Assembly (NCBI GenBank): GCA_002762915.1
Contig: PCYF01000029.1
Location: forward strand, 1 to 39,941
DNA: 39,941 bases
From: Candidatus Woesearchaeota archaeon CG10_big_fil_rev_8_21_14_0_10_32_9
GTDB taxonomy: Archaea; Nanobdellota; Nanobdellia; Woesearchaeales; 21-14-0-10-32-9
Direction: 5' to 3'
Shown: positions 1 to 8,852 of the stretch, piece by piece
Numbering within the stretch: position 1 is the first letter of the stretch
Layout: the number at the start of each line of letters is the position of its first letter
Notes under the pieces: generated by a model
Databases searched by the model: none
The model's input: only the letters and a program-made list of their open reading frames with translations
What the model was told of the DNA's origin: nothing
Program-made: the position numbers and the translations under genes

Positions 1-1
1 T

Positions 2-646
2 GAGCAAGAGTATTTTGGTTGTCCTACTTGTGCAAATGCAAATGAAGATCCTGATAAAGACAGATATACAAATGCAGAAGAATGTAAAAGCGGAACTGAT
101 CCTCTTGATAAAAATAGCGTCCCTACTTTCGAAAAATTAAATATGGTTGCAATAATTTTATTAGCATTAGGCGGACTCTTATTTTTAGGAGGAATTGGAA
201 TTTTGATCTACTCTTACTTGAAAGATAAAGATTTTTCTCAAGTATTTTCTGGAAGTAATAGTTCATCAAAAGAATCTAAAGATTTGGAAGATTTTGCAAT
301 AGATGAAACTATGCCTAGACCAGAATCGATAGTAAATATACGAAAAAATCTAACTCCAGAAGAATTACAAATTAGAGAACAGAAAATGCAATCATCATCC
401 AAATCCAAGAAAATAGATAGAAAAAAATTATTTGAAGAGTTTGGTAACTCAACATCTTATAAATCTCCTGTGAAAGAAGCTCCAAGAGAAGTTAAAATAC
501 AAAAAGAAGCTACAAAAGAAAAACCAGATCCTATCATAAAAAAAGAATATGTTGAAGTAAACGCCGTCGGCAAAAATAAACCTGAAGAAGATATATTCAA
601 AAAATTAGCAAAGGTAAATAAAGCCAAATCTAAGTCTAAAAAGTAA
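2..646 (+). CDS. 5'-truncated surface protein with a TSP3-like Ca-binding repeat, a C-proximal TM helix and a charged cytoplasmic tail
   Basis: The frame of the 143..646 ORF is open back to base 2 (EQEYFGCPTCANANEDPDKDRYTNAEECKSGTDPLD...). D-x-D-x-D-x-x-T-N-x-E-E...GTDP is a bacterial TSP3-type repeat; hydrophobic helix IILLALGGLLFLGGIGILIY follows. Confidence 0.75.
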   Translation, partial: EQEYFGCPTCANANEDPDKDRYTNAEECKSGTDPLDKNSVPTFEKLNMVAIILLALGGLLFLGGIGILIYSYLKDKDFSQVFSGSNSSSKESKDLEDFAIDETMPRPESIVNIRKNLTPEELQIREQKMQSSSKSKKIDRKKLFEEFGNSTSYKSPVKEAPREVKIQKEATKEKPDPIIKKEYVEVNAVGKNKPEEDIFKKLAKVNKAKSKSKK

Positions 647-747
647 ACTTACAAAATAATATATATTATAAATTATGTGTGACTATATTACAAAAATTAA
701 CTATCTATGATGCATAAATTCGATAGATGAACTAACAAGATGATAAA

Positions 748-1221
748 ATGAAAAAAGCACAAACTCAACAAGTATTCATATACATAATGGTAATTTTAGT
801 TGTTGGAGCAATATTATTATTGGGCTACAAATCTATAAACGATATAATGAACAAGTCTTGCGCTGTGGATGAAGCAACATTCAAAAATGATTTTAGTCAA
901 TTATTAGAAAGAAATTCTGGCTATGGCGATATATATAGAACTCCGTTGGGAGTGCCTTGTGATGTTGACGCAATATGTTTTGTGAATAAAACAGTTACAA
1001 ATCCGGAAACAAAAATTACAAATCCTTTAATACTACAGTCATATCAAGCAGGAGCAAAAGACAACGTTTTTGTAGTAAAAGGGACAACAATAAAACCCTT
1101 ATTGACTAAAGATAATTTGGAAGTAAAAGATCAATTCTTTTGTGTAAATAATACTGCGGGTAAATTTAGCATAGTCTTAGAAGGAATTGGAAAAGGAATA
1201 GTTCAAGTAAGTAAATCTTGA
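748..1221 (+). CDS. Class III signal peptide (type IV pilin-like) protein
   Basis: MKKA|QTQQVFIYIMVILVVGAILLLG: basic leader, A|Q cleavage site, hydrophobic helix; four Cys in the head. Confidence 0.85.
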   Translation: MKKAQTQQVFIYIMVILVVGAILLLGYKSINDIMNKSCAVDEATFKNDFSQLLERNSGYGDIYRTPLGVPCDVDAICFVNKTVTNPETKITNPLILQSYQAGAKDNVFVVKGTTIKPLLTKDNLEVKDQFFCVNNTAGKFSIVLEGIGKGIVQVSKS

Positions 1222-1268
1222 ATTGAATTTATAAAAAGATAATAAGATAACAATTATAGGCAAAAAAG

Positions 1269-2321
1269 ATGCGCCCAAAAAAACAAGATAACAAAGGTCA
1301 ACTCCAAATAAGTTTCAATTGGATATTTGTCCTCATTGTGGGCGCAATAATATTATTATTCTTTATAACTTCTTTAACAAAAGAAACTGACTCTTCTAAA
1401 ACTCAACTTGCGCAAAAAGCGAGTGCAAGATTAGACGCAGTTTTCGCAGTAATACAACAAAATCCAGATTCAGTACAAATTCACGACGCACCAAATTATG
1501 AACTAGATTTTTACTGCACCGAAGAAGGACATTACTACGCTCTTAAAGACAGTTCAACAAAAAACTACCTAGAAAACGAACACATCTTCGCACCAGAAAC
1601 GATAGGCAAAGCAAAATTAGTAAGTTGGACGAAAACTTTTTCAGCACCATTTCCAGTATCTTCCATACTATATCTTTCTGATGAAAAAAATCAGTATGTT
1701 TTCATAACTGCAGATCCAAAAATTGAAAAACTCTATGAAGATTTTCCAGATAAATTTTCCAAAAAAAATGTAACGTCCAGCCAGGACATAATTGATGAAG
1801 GGTTTAGAAAATATATTATAATAACTGATGCATTGCCTGTAGCATCAAACATAAACAATGAAGTTAGAAAAAAAACTCAAGCAATAATAGTTGTATCTAG
1901 TGAGACTGCTTCTGATGTGTATGGATATGGAAACTTAAAATATTATGAGGAAGGATCATCTACATCAATAAATAAACCATATGTAGGTCAAGAACTTTTA
2001 TTTGCAGGAATCGTTTCCGGAAATTCAGAATTATATTCGTGCGGACTAAGTAAAGTTCTGGAAAAGACAAAAATAGTTGCGCAAACTAACTTACTAAGAA
2101 CACAAGCATTGAAAGACCAATACGATTTAACATACACCGGAAGATGTTCAACGTTCTACGGTTTAGTGACCCAAGGATATATTCAAAATCTCACAGAATC
2201 AGCAAGCAACTTTGAGACTTCAGATACAACTAAGAACTACAAGAAATTTTACGATTCAATGACTGATTTACAAAGAGTAAACGAAAATATATTGAGAAGT
2301 GATTGTACATTATTATACTGA
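1269..2321 (+). CDS. Class III signal peptide protein (minor pilin-like)
   Basis: NKG|QLQISFNWIFVLIVGAIILLFF; 350-aa ORF. Confidence 0.8.
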   Translation: MRPKKQDNKGQLQISFNWIFVLIVGAIILLFFITSLTKETDSSKTQLAQKASARLDAVFAVIQQNPDSVQIHDAPNYELDFYCTEEGHYYALKDSSTKNYLENEHIFAPETIGKAKLVSWTKTFSAPFPVSSILYLSDEKNQYVFITADPKIEKLYEDFPDKFSKKNVTSSQDIIDEGFRKYIIITDALPVASNINNEVRKKTQAIIVVSSETASDVYGYGNLKYYEEGSSTSINKPYVGQELLFAGIVSGNSELYSCGLSKVLEKTKIVAQTNLLRTQALKDQYDLTYTGRCSTFYGLVTQGYIQNLTESASNFETSDTTKNYKKFYDSMTDLQRVNENILRSDCTLLY

Positions 2322-2350
2322 ATCAGATTAAATAATATTTGAATAAATAA

Positions 2351-2863
2351 TTGAGATTGATTAAATTGAATATAAGTAAAAAAGGACAAATACAAAGCGG
2401 AGAAACCGTAACAGTAGTTATAATTCTAATAATTTTAATAGTGCTCGGAATAGTTTACGCAGCGAATTCAAAGATAGCGGGATTACAAAAAGACAACGAA
2501 AAACAAAAAGAAATAGATGGAATGAAAATCGCAGTACTTGCTGCAGGAATGGACGAATTAAAATGCTCAGTATATTCTGCTAAAGTAAGTACTTGTCTAG
2601 ATTTGTACAGACTTTCCGCATTCAGTGAAACTGTGAGTCAGAATTTATATTCCTCAAAAGAATATTATTTCAACACATTTAGAAACTCGAAGATAGAAGT
2701 AAACATAATAGTAAACGATACGTATGTAGAGAACATAGTGTTATACGACTTTAATAATTCTGAAAATAAATCCTCTTCTCCAATATTTTTCCCATTAACA
2801 GTATCGGATCCAGTTTCAAAGATAAATTATTTTTCAATAATGGAAGTAAGAACATACAACTAA
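2351..2863 (+). CDS. Class III signal peptide protein (minor pilin-like)
   Basis: KKG|QIQSGETVTVVIILIILIVLGIV; non-ATG (TTG) start, exact start uncertain. Confidence 0.8.
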   Translation: MRLIKLNISKKGQIQSGETVTVVIILIILIVLGIVYAANSKIAGLQKDNEKQKEIDGMKIAVLAAGMDELKCSVYSAKVSTCLDLYRLSAFSETVSQNLYSSKEYYFNTFRNSKIEVNIIVNDTYVENIVLYDFNNSENKSSSPIFFPLTVSDPVSKINYFSIMEVRTYN

Positions 2864-2880
2864 AATAACTAAAAACAAAA

Positions 2881-3378
2881 ATGAACGAAAAACAAATAAG
2901 AAAAAAAGGACAAATAGAAATAATGGGATTGCTTGTAATAGTAATACTCATAAGTTTAGTTATTTTCTTTTCTCTTTCATTTAACTTAAAAAATTCTGTA
3001 AATGAAGCACCAGTAAAACAAGATTTCAAAGATGCACAAACCACAGGAAATTTCGGAACTACTCTTTTGGAAACAACAACAAATTGTTCAAGATCTATCA
3101 GAGACCTTTTGAGCGACTGTGCATTTACACAAGAAGTAAATTGTGCAGGCCAAACTTCTTGCCAGCTTGCAAATAATTCAATAAACCGAATTTTAGAAGA
3201 GACGCTAGATAAGTGGAACTACAACTATACCTTACAAATCTCAAGTGATTCTGAACTTGTAACAGATTTTAACAAAACTGGCTGTGACCCTGCTAAAACT
3301 AAAAGTGTAACTACAGATATAACTCCCTTTGGAACAACCTTTAGTTCAATGAAATTGACTCTAAAAATCTGTAGATAA
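2881..3378 (+). CDS. Class III signal peptide protein (minor pilin-like)
   Basis: RKKG|QIEIMGLLVIVILISLVIFF; six Cys in the head. Confidence 0.85.
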   Translation: MNEKQIRKKGQIEIMGLLVIVILISLVIFFSLSFNLKNSVNEAPVKQDFKDAQTTGNFGTTLLETTTNCSRSIRDLLSDCAFTQEVNCAGQTSCQLANNSINRILEETLDKWNYNYTLQISSDSELVTDFNKTGCDPAKTKSVTTDITPFGTTFSSMKLTLKICR

Positions 3379-3393
3379 ATCCTTAAATTCTTA

Positions 3394-3407
3394 GAAAGAT
3401 TTATATA
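3394..3407 (+). promoter_or_regulatory. BRE/TATA promoter for the small Cys-rich pilins
   Basis: gaaaga-tttatata in the intergenic gap, followed by SD GAGGTG (3440-3445) and ATG 3452. Confidence 0.6.
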
Positions 3408-3451
3408 GGCCTTTCGATGATATAAGAAAATACTCTTAAGAGGTGTTACTG

Positions 3452-3712
3452 ATGAAAAAAGGAGAATTAAGCGTTAACATAATAATCGTGGCCGCAATAG
3501 CACTTATTATACTAGTTATTTTAGCAGTATTATTATTTAAAACAGGAAATGACCTGAGATTGGGAACTTCTTGTCAAGGATTACAAGGAATTTGTCAACC
3601 ACAAGAACTAGGATGCTCAGATTTAAATGATCCTGATGGCGGAATAACTTATATACAACACATGACTGCAAAATGTACATCAAATTCAGATGTTTGTTGT
3701 ATTAAACAATAA
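3452..3712 (+). CDS. Small pilin-like protein with six-Cys (C..C..C..C..CC) head
   Basis: MKKG|ELSVNIIIVAAIALIILVILAVLL; start moved to ATG 3452 because the GTG at 3443 lies inside the SD GAGGTG. Confidence 0.85.
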   Translation: MKKGELSVNIIIVAAIALIILVILAVLLFKTGNDLRLGTSCQGLQGICQPQELGCSDLNDPDGGITYIQHMTAKCTSNSDVCCIKQ

Positions 3713-3730
3713 ATTTAGAGGTGTAAACTC

Positions 3731-3982
3731 ATGAAGAAAGGAGAATTAAGCGTTAACATACTGATTGTAGCGGCTTTAGCCCTTTTAATTTTAATAATAC
3801 TTGTAGTGTTATTAGGAAAGAGCACAAAGAACCTAGATACAGGACTTGATTGTGTACAAAAAGGCGGAAAATGTGTTCCAAGTTTGACTTGTCCAGTAGG
3901 ACAAAATATTCCTGAAGGGGTATGTGCACAAAGCTCATCTGCAACATACGAGTGTTGTAAACTTCTAGCAACAGGAGAATAA
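3731..3982 (+). CDS. Small pilin-like protein with six-Cys head, tandem paralogue of 3452..3712
   Basis: MKKG|ELSVNILIVAALALL; first 30 nt differ from the 3452 gene at one base; SD GAGGTG at 3718-3723. Confidence 0.85.
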   Translation: MKKGELSVNILIVAALALLILIILVVLLGKSTKNLDTGLDCVQKGGKCVPSLTCPVGQNIPEGVCAQSSSATYECCKLLATGE

Positions 3983-3985
3983 ATA

Positions 3986-4738
3986 ATGAATAGAAGGGGA
4001 ATGGGTTGGGAAACAATACTTTCTATAACTATTTTAATTGCAATTATAGTAATAACATTCGGAATTCTTACGAATACTTATGCTGGTTGGAAACTAGTAA
4101 AAGACGACTGTAAAGGCACTTGTAGAATCTCTACTACTTGTGAAGTCGGAGAAACAAAAATGAGCGAAACTTGTTACAAGGCCGGAAAAAAACAGGATGG
4201 AATTTGCTGTTTATCTTTGGACGATCTTCAGAACAAGAATTCTTCAAATTCTACAAACTCTGCATCTAATAGTAATTCTAACGGCAATTCAAATAGCAAC
4301 TCTAATGGCAACTCAAATGGTGCCTCTAATTCTGGAGGAACAACTACGACTGGTCAAGGAACTCCAATTATAGAAATTAGAAAAGGTCAAGATGATGTAA
4401 CCAAAATACTTGGAGGAACAACTCAAACTTTAACAGCGGGTCAAACATACAATTACAGAGTATGGGCAGCTCAACAAGATCATCTGTATTGCACAATAAA
4501 AATGCTAAATTCTTCAAATTCTGAATTAACTCAAGTACAAGGAATGAGTCTTCAAATGATAGATGCACCATGTTCAGATGCTGCAAATTCAAATTCTAAA
4601 CAACAACAAATAGCTTTAACTCCTCAATTTATTTCTGGAGATCAAAACGTCTACAAAATGACTGTTGTTGTTCATAACTTGACTGGCGGAACTGTCGCTT
4701 CAACATCAGTTAACTTCCTGGTGCAACAAACCTCTTAA
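3986..4738 (+). CDS. Pilin-like protein: six-Cys domain, Asn/Ser/Gly linker and beta-rich C-terminal domain
   Basis: MNRRG|MGWETILSITILIAIIVITFG; CKGTC...C...C...GICC; NSNSNGNSNSNSNGNSNG linker. Confidence 0.8.
   Translation: MNRRGMGWETILSITILIAIIVITFGILTNTYAGWKLVKDDCKGTCRISTTCEVGETKMSETCYKAGKKQDGICCLSLDDLQNKNSSNSTNSASNSNSNGNSNSNSNGNSNGASNSGGTTTTGQGTPIIEIRKGQDDVTKILGGTTQTLTAGQTYNYRVWAAQQDHLYCTIKMLNSSNSELTQVQGMSLQMIDAPCSDAANSNSKQQQIALTPQFISGDQNVYKMTVVVHNLTGGTVASTSVNFLVQQTS
4237..4334 (+). repeat. Low-complexity Asn/Ser/Gly coding repeat (flexible linker)
   Basis: Encodes NSSNSTNSASNSNSNGNSNSNSNGNSNGASNS with varied synonymous codons. Confidence 0.7.
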
Positions 4739-4793
4739 ATTTCTTGAAATTGTATCCTGCTCTAATAAACCCAAGTTATTCTCAGAAGTTTAC

Positions 4794-4807
4794 AAAACTT
4801 TTATATA
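4794..4807 (+). promoter_or_regulatory. TATA promoter starting the second sub-operon of the pilin cluster
   Basis: aaaac-ttttatata about 30 nt before GAGGA + ATG 4839. Confidence 0.55.
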
Positions 4808-4838
4808 CTCGTGAAGACAAGAGGAACATAGAGGACAA

Positions 4839-4937
4839 ATGAGCATATCTTTAAAAGTACTGTCGGGATTGATCATAGCAGGAATTCTGATAACTTTACT
4901 TGTGCTAATAACTCTTAAGATGGTGGGAAATGTCTAA
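4839..4937 (+). CDS. Unannotated 32-aa single-TM micro-protein
   Basis: MSISLKVLSGLIIAGILITLLVLITLKMVGNV*; GAGGA SD-like at 4831; its stop overlaps the start of the 4930 gene. Confidence 0.6.
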   Translation: MSISLKVLSGLIIAGILITLLVLITLKMVGNV

Positions 4938-6378
4938 ATCTATTAATAAAAAAGGGGAATCAGCGTCTGCACCTGAAGTTCCTGTGGAATTACTACTTTG
5001 GATTGCAGGATTTCTAATAATCTTATCTGTAATATATATAATAATAAACTCAGGCTCTACCGCGGCTCAAGAATCAGTGTGTAGAGATAGTGTAATAATA
5101 AAAGGAAAAGCAAATCTGGTAATAAATAACATAGAAGTCTTTTCTAAAGCCACGCCTCTGATTTGCGAACCAATAGATAAAGGAAATCTTGATTCAGACA
5201 GAGAAACAATAAAAAGACAAATAGCTGACATGGCTGCTCAATGTTGGTGGATGTATGCTGAAGGAGGAATAACTGATCTTTTTGACAGTACTCAAAATCA
5301 AAAAGGATGCGGGGTATGTTATTTTTTCTCAATAAGAGATAATTTGGATGAAGGTCAAAAAAATAAAACATTCTTTCAAGAACCTGCGCGAAGTCCAAAG
5401 TTTATTTCTTCTCAAGAACTATACAACTACATGATGGGAAATAATTACAATGCAAAACTATTGTCAGGGGGAGGAACCATAAATTATGTAGGAGATATTT
5501 ATGAATTTGAACATGAAATTGTTTTGCCTCCATCTGTTCAAGAAGTAAGATTAAGTCAAATTCAATATATTTCTGGAGACTACTTAGAAGATTTTTCAGG
5601 AGTAATATCTCAAGAAACAAAAAACAAAGTAAGAGAAATAGGAAATCATTTACTGGAGAAAGATGCAGGAAGTCTTCTTGTTCTAGTTGCGGACAAATTT
5701 GATTCGCTTGACAAATCGAGAGCAAGAAGATTCATAGAAAACATAGGCCTTAACACGGAAAAAGACAAATATGATGCGCTTCTTGTTTTAATAGATTTAG
5801 ATTCAAGCAAAATACGAATACAAATGGGTGCGGACTTAGAAAAATATGTTAATGAATACGACCTAAGTAATATGATGAGCCAAGCATTTGCAGGAGAAAT
5901 AGTTTCAAATGAAGATCTAAATAATAGAATAGTAGAATTACTTAAAAAAATAGAGGATAAATTGGCTGGTGAATATGATTATTTAGCACATCTAGGTATT
6001 GACAGCAGATCATACTATGCATACATTTCAAATAGAGGAACAACTTTTTCAATTGTTGATCACATAGTTTCAGAGAAAAAATATGTTGTTGCATATATGA
6101 GTAGTAGCAGTCAAACAACTTGGTTAGACGGTATATTAGCAAATCCCGGATCAACTGCGGCGGCCACAGGAGTTGCAGCATTAAGTGCTGCAATAATTTA
6201 TTTTACGGGCGGAACAACGACAAAGTTTGTTCTAGCTGCGGATGTAATTGCATTTGGAAGTTCAGAAACTCTGGGAGATGGTTTAAATGCAATATTAGGA
6301 AATGTTAAAACAGATAGACCAAATTATATACTAGTAACAAGAGCATCAGAAGTATCAAGTAACTGCAAAGTTGATTAG
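4930..6378 (+). CDS. Class III signal peptide protein with internal TPM (DUF477) domain and C-terminal small-residue hydrophobic hairpin
   Basis: NKKG|ESASAPEVPVELLLWIAGFLII; DYLEDFSGVISQETK...LLVLVAD...DALLVLIDLDSSKIRIQMGADLE follows the TPM pattern. Confidence 0.75.
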   Translation: MSKSINKKGESASAPEVPVELLLWIAGFLIILSVIYIIINSGSTAAQESVCRDSVIIKGKANLVINNIEVFSKATPLICEPIDKGNLDSDRETIKRQIADMAAQCWWMYAEGGITDLFDSTQNQKGCGVCYFFSIRDNLDEGQKNKTFFQEPARSPKFISSQELYNYMMGNNYNAKLLSGGGTINYVGDIYEFEHEIVLPPSVQEVRLSQIQYISGDYLEDFSGVISQETKNKVREIGNHLLEKDAGSLLVLVADKFDSLDKSRARRFIENIGLNTEKDKYDALLVLIDLDSSKIRIQMGADLEKYVNEYDLSNMMSQAFAGEIVSNEDLNNRIVELLKKIEDKLAGEYDYLAHLGIDSRSYYAYISNRGTTFSIVDHIVSEKKYVVAYMSSSSQTTWLDGILANPGSTAAATGVAALSAAIIYFTGGTTTKFVLAADVIAFGSSETLGDGLNAILGNVKTDRPNYILVTRASEVSSNCKVD

Positions 6379-6444
6379 TTAACGACTCGCTGCGCATTTA
6401 AATTAAATTAAATAAAAAATAAAAGAAATGAATGAGGACAAAAA

Positions 6445-6567
6445 ATGGACGTACCAATGCTTGCAATTTGGATAATAATTATAGCAATAGTTTTGGTAAT
6501 AATGTTTGGATTCATATTTCCAAACATTGTGAAAGAAATGACAGGATACCTAGGCGTATTATTTTGA
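6445..6567 (+). CDS. Unannotated 40-aa single-TM micro-protein
   Basis: MDVPMLAIWIIIIAIVLVIMFGFIFPNIVKEMTGYLGVLF*; preceded by GAGGACAAA; ends 2 nt before ATG 6570. Confidence 0.65.
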   Translation: MDVPMLAIWIIIIAIVLVIMFGFIFPNIVKEMTGYLGVLF

Positions 6568-6569
6568 AA

Positions 6570-7475
6570 ATGAACAAAAAAGGAATATTCGGTTTAGTCT
6601 TAAGTGTAGTTGGAGCACTATTAGTTTTTTTTCTAATATATGCTGCATTTTTACGACCTGAAATATATACTGATATGTGGGATTCAATATCTAACACATT
6701 CTCTCTACCCGAACAAGATCCATATCCTTGGGAAATAAACATAAATGCACAACGAGCACAAGCTATGGAATCATTTCAAGATATTGTAAAACAATTCAAC
6801 AGAACTGCGGAAAATCGCGCAGCATATGTTCCAGAAGATATACCTATTAGTGATACGAAAGGAAATTGTTTCGGAGGCTTTTCAGCTCTGCCCACATCAT
6901 TTTTTGATAATAAATTTTCAATAAGAATAAGAAAAGAGTCTACTGGGATGTCTTTACAACTAATGGAAACAAGAGAACTTGCTGATCAAGATCCAACAAA
7001 AAATAAAGTTGTAACAAGATTGCCTGCGAGCTCAAAGTATTACATCTCAAATTATTCTCCGTGCGTAATATATGATGCGAGTGCAGAAATATTACTAGAC
7101 CGGGCAGTAGTCAATTCAGATCTAGAAGGAATAATAGATAAATTTGGATTTCAACAAAATGTTGAAGGAATAAATCTTTATGAACCTGACAAAATAACCT
7201 TTTTTCTCAAACCAGACGGAACTCAAGATTACACAGTTGATTTCAAACCCGGAGAAGATAGATACACTTATTATATTTTCAAAGTACTTGATGATCATGG
7301 AAACTCATTATGTTTAATTCCAACAAGTGATAATTCTGTCTGTAATGTTGAAAACAAAGCAATAACTGAAGGATGCCTTGATAAAGAATCATCTAATGGA
7401 AATTTGTACAGTGCATTAACCGGAGATTTAAAAGGAGCAATATGTAGAGGGTACTCCTCTGCAGATTTGATATGA
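6570..7475 (+). CDS. Class III signal peptide protein (minor pilin-like)
   Basis: MNKKG|IFGLVLSVVGALLVFFLIY; start reassigned from 6432 to 6570 to place the leader at the N-terminus. Confidence 0.8.
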   Translation: MNKKGIFGLVLSVVGALLVFFLIYAAFLRPEIYTDMWDSISNTFSLPEQDPYPWEININAQRAQAMESFQDIVKQFNRTAENRAAYVPEDIPISDTKGNCFGGFSALPTSFFDNKFSIRIRKESTGMSLQLMETRELADQDPTKNKVVTRLPASSKYYISNYSPCVIYDASAEILLDRAVVNSDLEGIIDKFGFQQNVEGINLYEPDKITFFLKPDGTQDYTVDFKPGEDRYTYYIFKVLDDHGNSLCLIPTSDNSVCNVENKAITEGCLDKESSNGNLYSALTGDLKGAICRGYSSADLI

Positions 7476-7543
7476 TCGAAAAGTATATGTGTATTTGTGA
7501 AAAAATAAAAATATGAAAATATGAAACTAATAAAGGTGATAAA

Positions 7544-7927
7544 ATGAATAAAAAAGGCGGAATGTGGAACATAGTGATTGGCGCATTTGCGGCGGTGCTT
7601 ATAATAATAATATATTTTACAATTGTGGGAAAAACAGACACAAACACAATAACTGATGCAAGTAACTCAATAACTGTAAATTCTGATGGAGATGAATTCA
7701 ACAACATGATAGATCCATGTCCGTGCGGTTCTCCTCCAAATCAAAATAATAAAAAAATATCTGTAGATGGTTACTTGTATTGCCAATCAGGATTTAGCGA
7801 AGAACAATGCAATAAAATAATAACTGAACAGAAGTTTGCAGGATTTGAAGTAAAAGAATATCGTGGAGAAAAATTATGCATTTACAAAAAGACGTCCGAA
7901 ATGAATAGTAAATGTCCTACAGTTTAA
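7544..7927 (+). CDS. Class III signal peptide protein, Cys-rich, with one TSP3-like motif
   Basis: MNKKG|GMWNIVIGAFAAVLIIII; NSDGDEFNNMIDPCPC; SD AGGTGA upstream. Confidence 0.8.
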   Translation: MNKKGGMWNIVIGAFAAVLIIIIYFTIVGKTDTNTITDASNSITVNSDGDEFNNMIDPCPCGSPPNQNNKKISVDGYLYCQSGFSEEQCNKIITEQKFAGFEVKEYRGEKLCIYKKTSEMNSKCPTV

Positions 7928-7952
7928 GTGTCAAGAAATTTAGAGAATTACT

Positions 7953-8813
7953 ATGAGTAAAATTAATGAAAGAGGAAGAGTCAAAATAATTGGAAATAAA
8001 AGAGGAGGGTTGTACAATTCTTTAACTTCTCTAATTATATTTGGAATAATGTTGGCGGCAACCATTTTCTTGATAATAAACATATTTTCACAGAACAACA
8101 ACCAAAGCGATGAAAGTTTAAAATTACTAAAAACTACAATAGAAACTGTTTCTGAAACATCACTAAGTGAAAAATTCATAAGTATAGATATAGATAAAGA
8201 AACCGCGCTAATAGGCTTTAATCCTGGAGCTGATGCAAATTTTCAATACACTTTTCAGGGATTTACTCCCGAAGAAAAAAATGTATTCTTCATGAAAGGA
8301 TTCTTTATGGATAAACCTGACAAATGCAACATAGACAAAGCTTGCCTGTGCTTGTGCCGAGGATACAATTATATGACTAAAGCAGATTATCCTCAAATGA
8401 CTGTCCAAGATGCACACATAGTTTGTGAAAAAGAACTAGTATGTACAAGTCTTGAAGATGTGGAATTTAGAGATATGAAAATGCCAGATGTGTTTGATGA
8501 TAATATGGGCAGAACAGCAAATCTTCCTGATGGTGTGACTGAGAGAAAAGATCACTACTGGACAAATGGATTTATTATACTAAGATCTGATAAAATAGAC
8601 AACACTAAATATGAACAGTACATAATATCTACAACTACGAATGGTGGAAGAGGTGGAGGCGTTTCTCAAGTAAAAGTAAGTCATCCTCTTGTTGTTTCAG
8701 GATATATGGACTATTCTCCGTTACGATTCATAGATGCAGTAGTATACTCTGATGCTAACGGAAAAATAGGTGTTTGTTTAAAATCAAATTGTAATATTAC
8801 ATTATTTACATAA
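7953..8813 (+). CDS. Class III signal peptide protein, Cys-rich
   Basis: NKRG|GLYNSLTSLIIFGIMLAATIFLII; PDKC...ACLCLC motif. Confidence 0.75.
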   Translation: MSKINERGRVKIIGNKRGGLYNSLTSLIIFGIMLAATIFLIINIFSQNNNQSDESLKLLKTTIETVSETSLSEKFISIDIDKETALIGFNPGADANFQYTFQGFTPEEKNVFFMKGFFMDKPDKCNIDKACLCLCRGYNYMTKADYPQMTVQDAHIVCEKELVCTSLEDVEFRDMKMPDVFDDNMGRTANLPDGVTERKDHYWTNGFIILRSDKIDNTKYEQYIISTTTNGGRGGGVSQVKVSHPLVVSGYMDYSPLRFIDAVVYSDANGKIGVCLKSNCNITLFT

Positions 8814-8852
8814 GAAATATTCACATAAAAAATAAAAGAAAGTGGGGAAAGT

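Noticed and set aside
143-145. ATG 143 as gene start
   Set aside because: The frame is open to the window edge and encodes a TSP3-like repeat, so the gene starts upstream.
4811-4838. Frameshifted class III leader for the 4839 micro-ORF (GTG AAG ACA AGA GGA)
   Set aside because: The GTG lies only a few bases below the TATA box, probably upstream of the transcription start; GAGGA is better read as the SD for ATG 4839.
6432-6569. 46-aa N-terminal extension of the 347-aa ORF in the track
   Set aside because: It buries the NKKG leader, reads as off-frame sequence, and overlaps a better 40-aa TM ORF (6445-6567); start reassigned to 6570.
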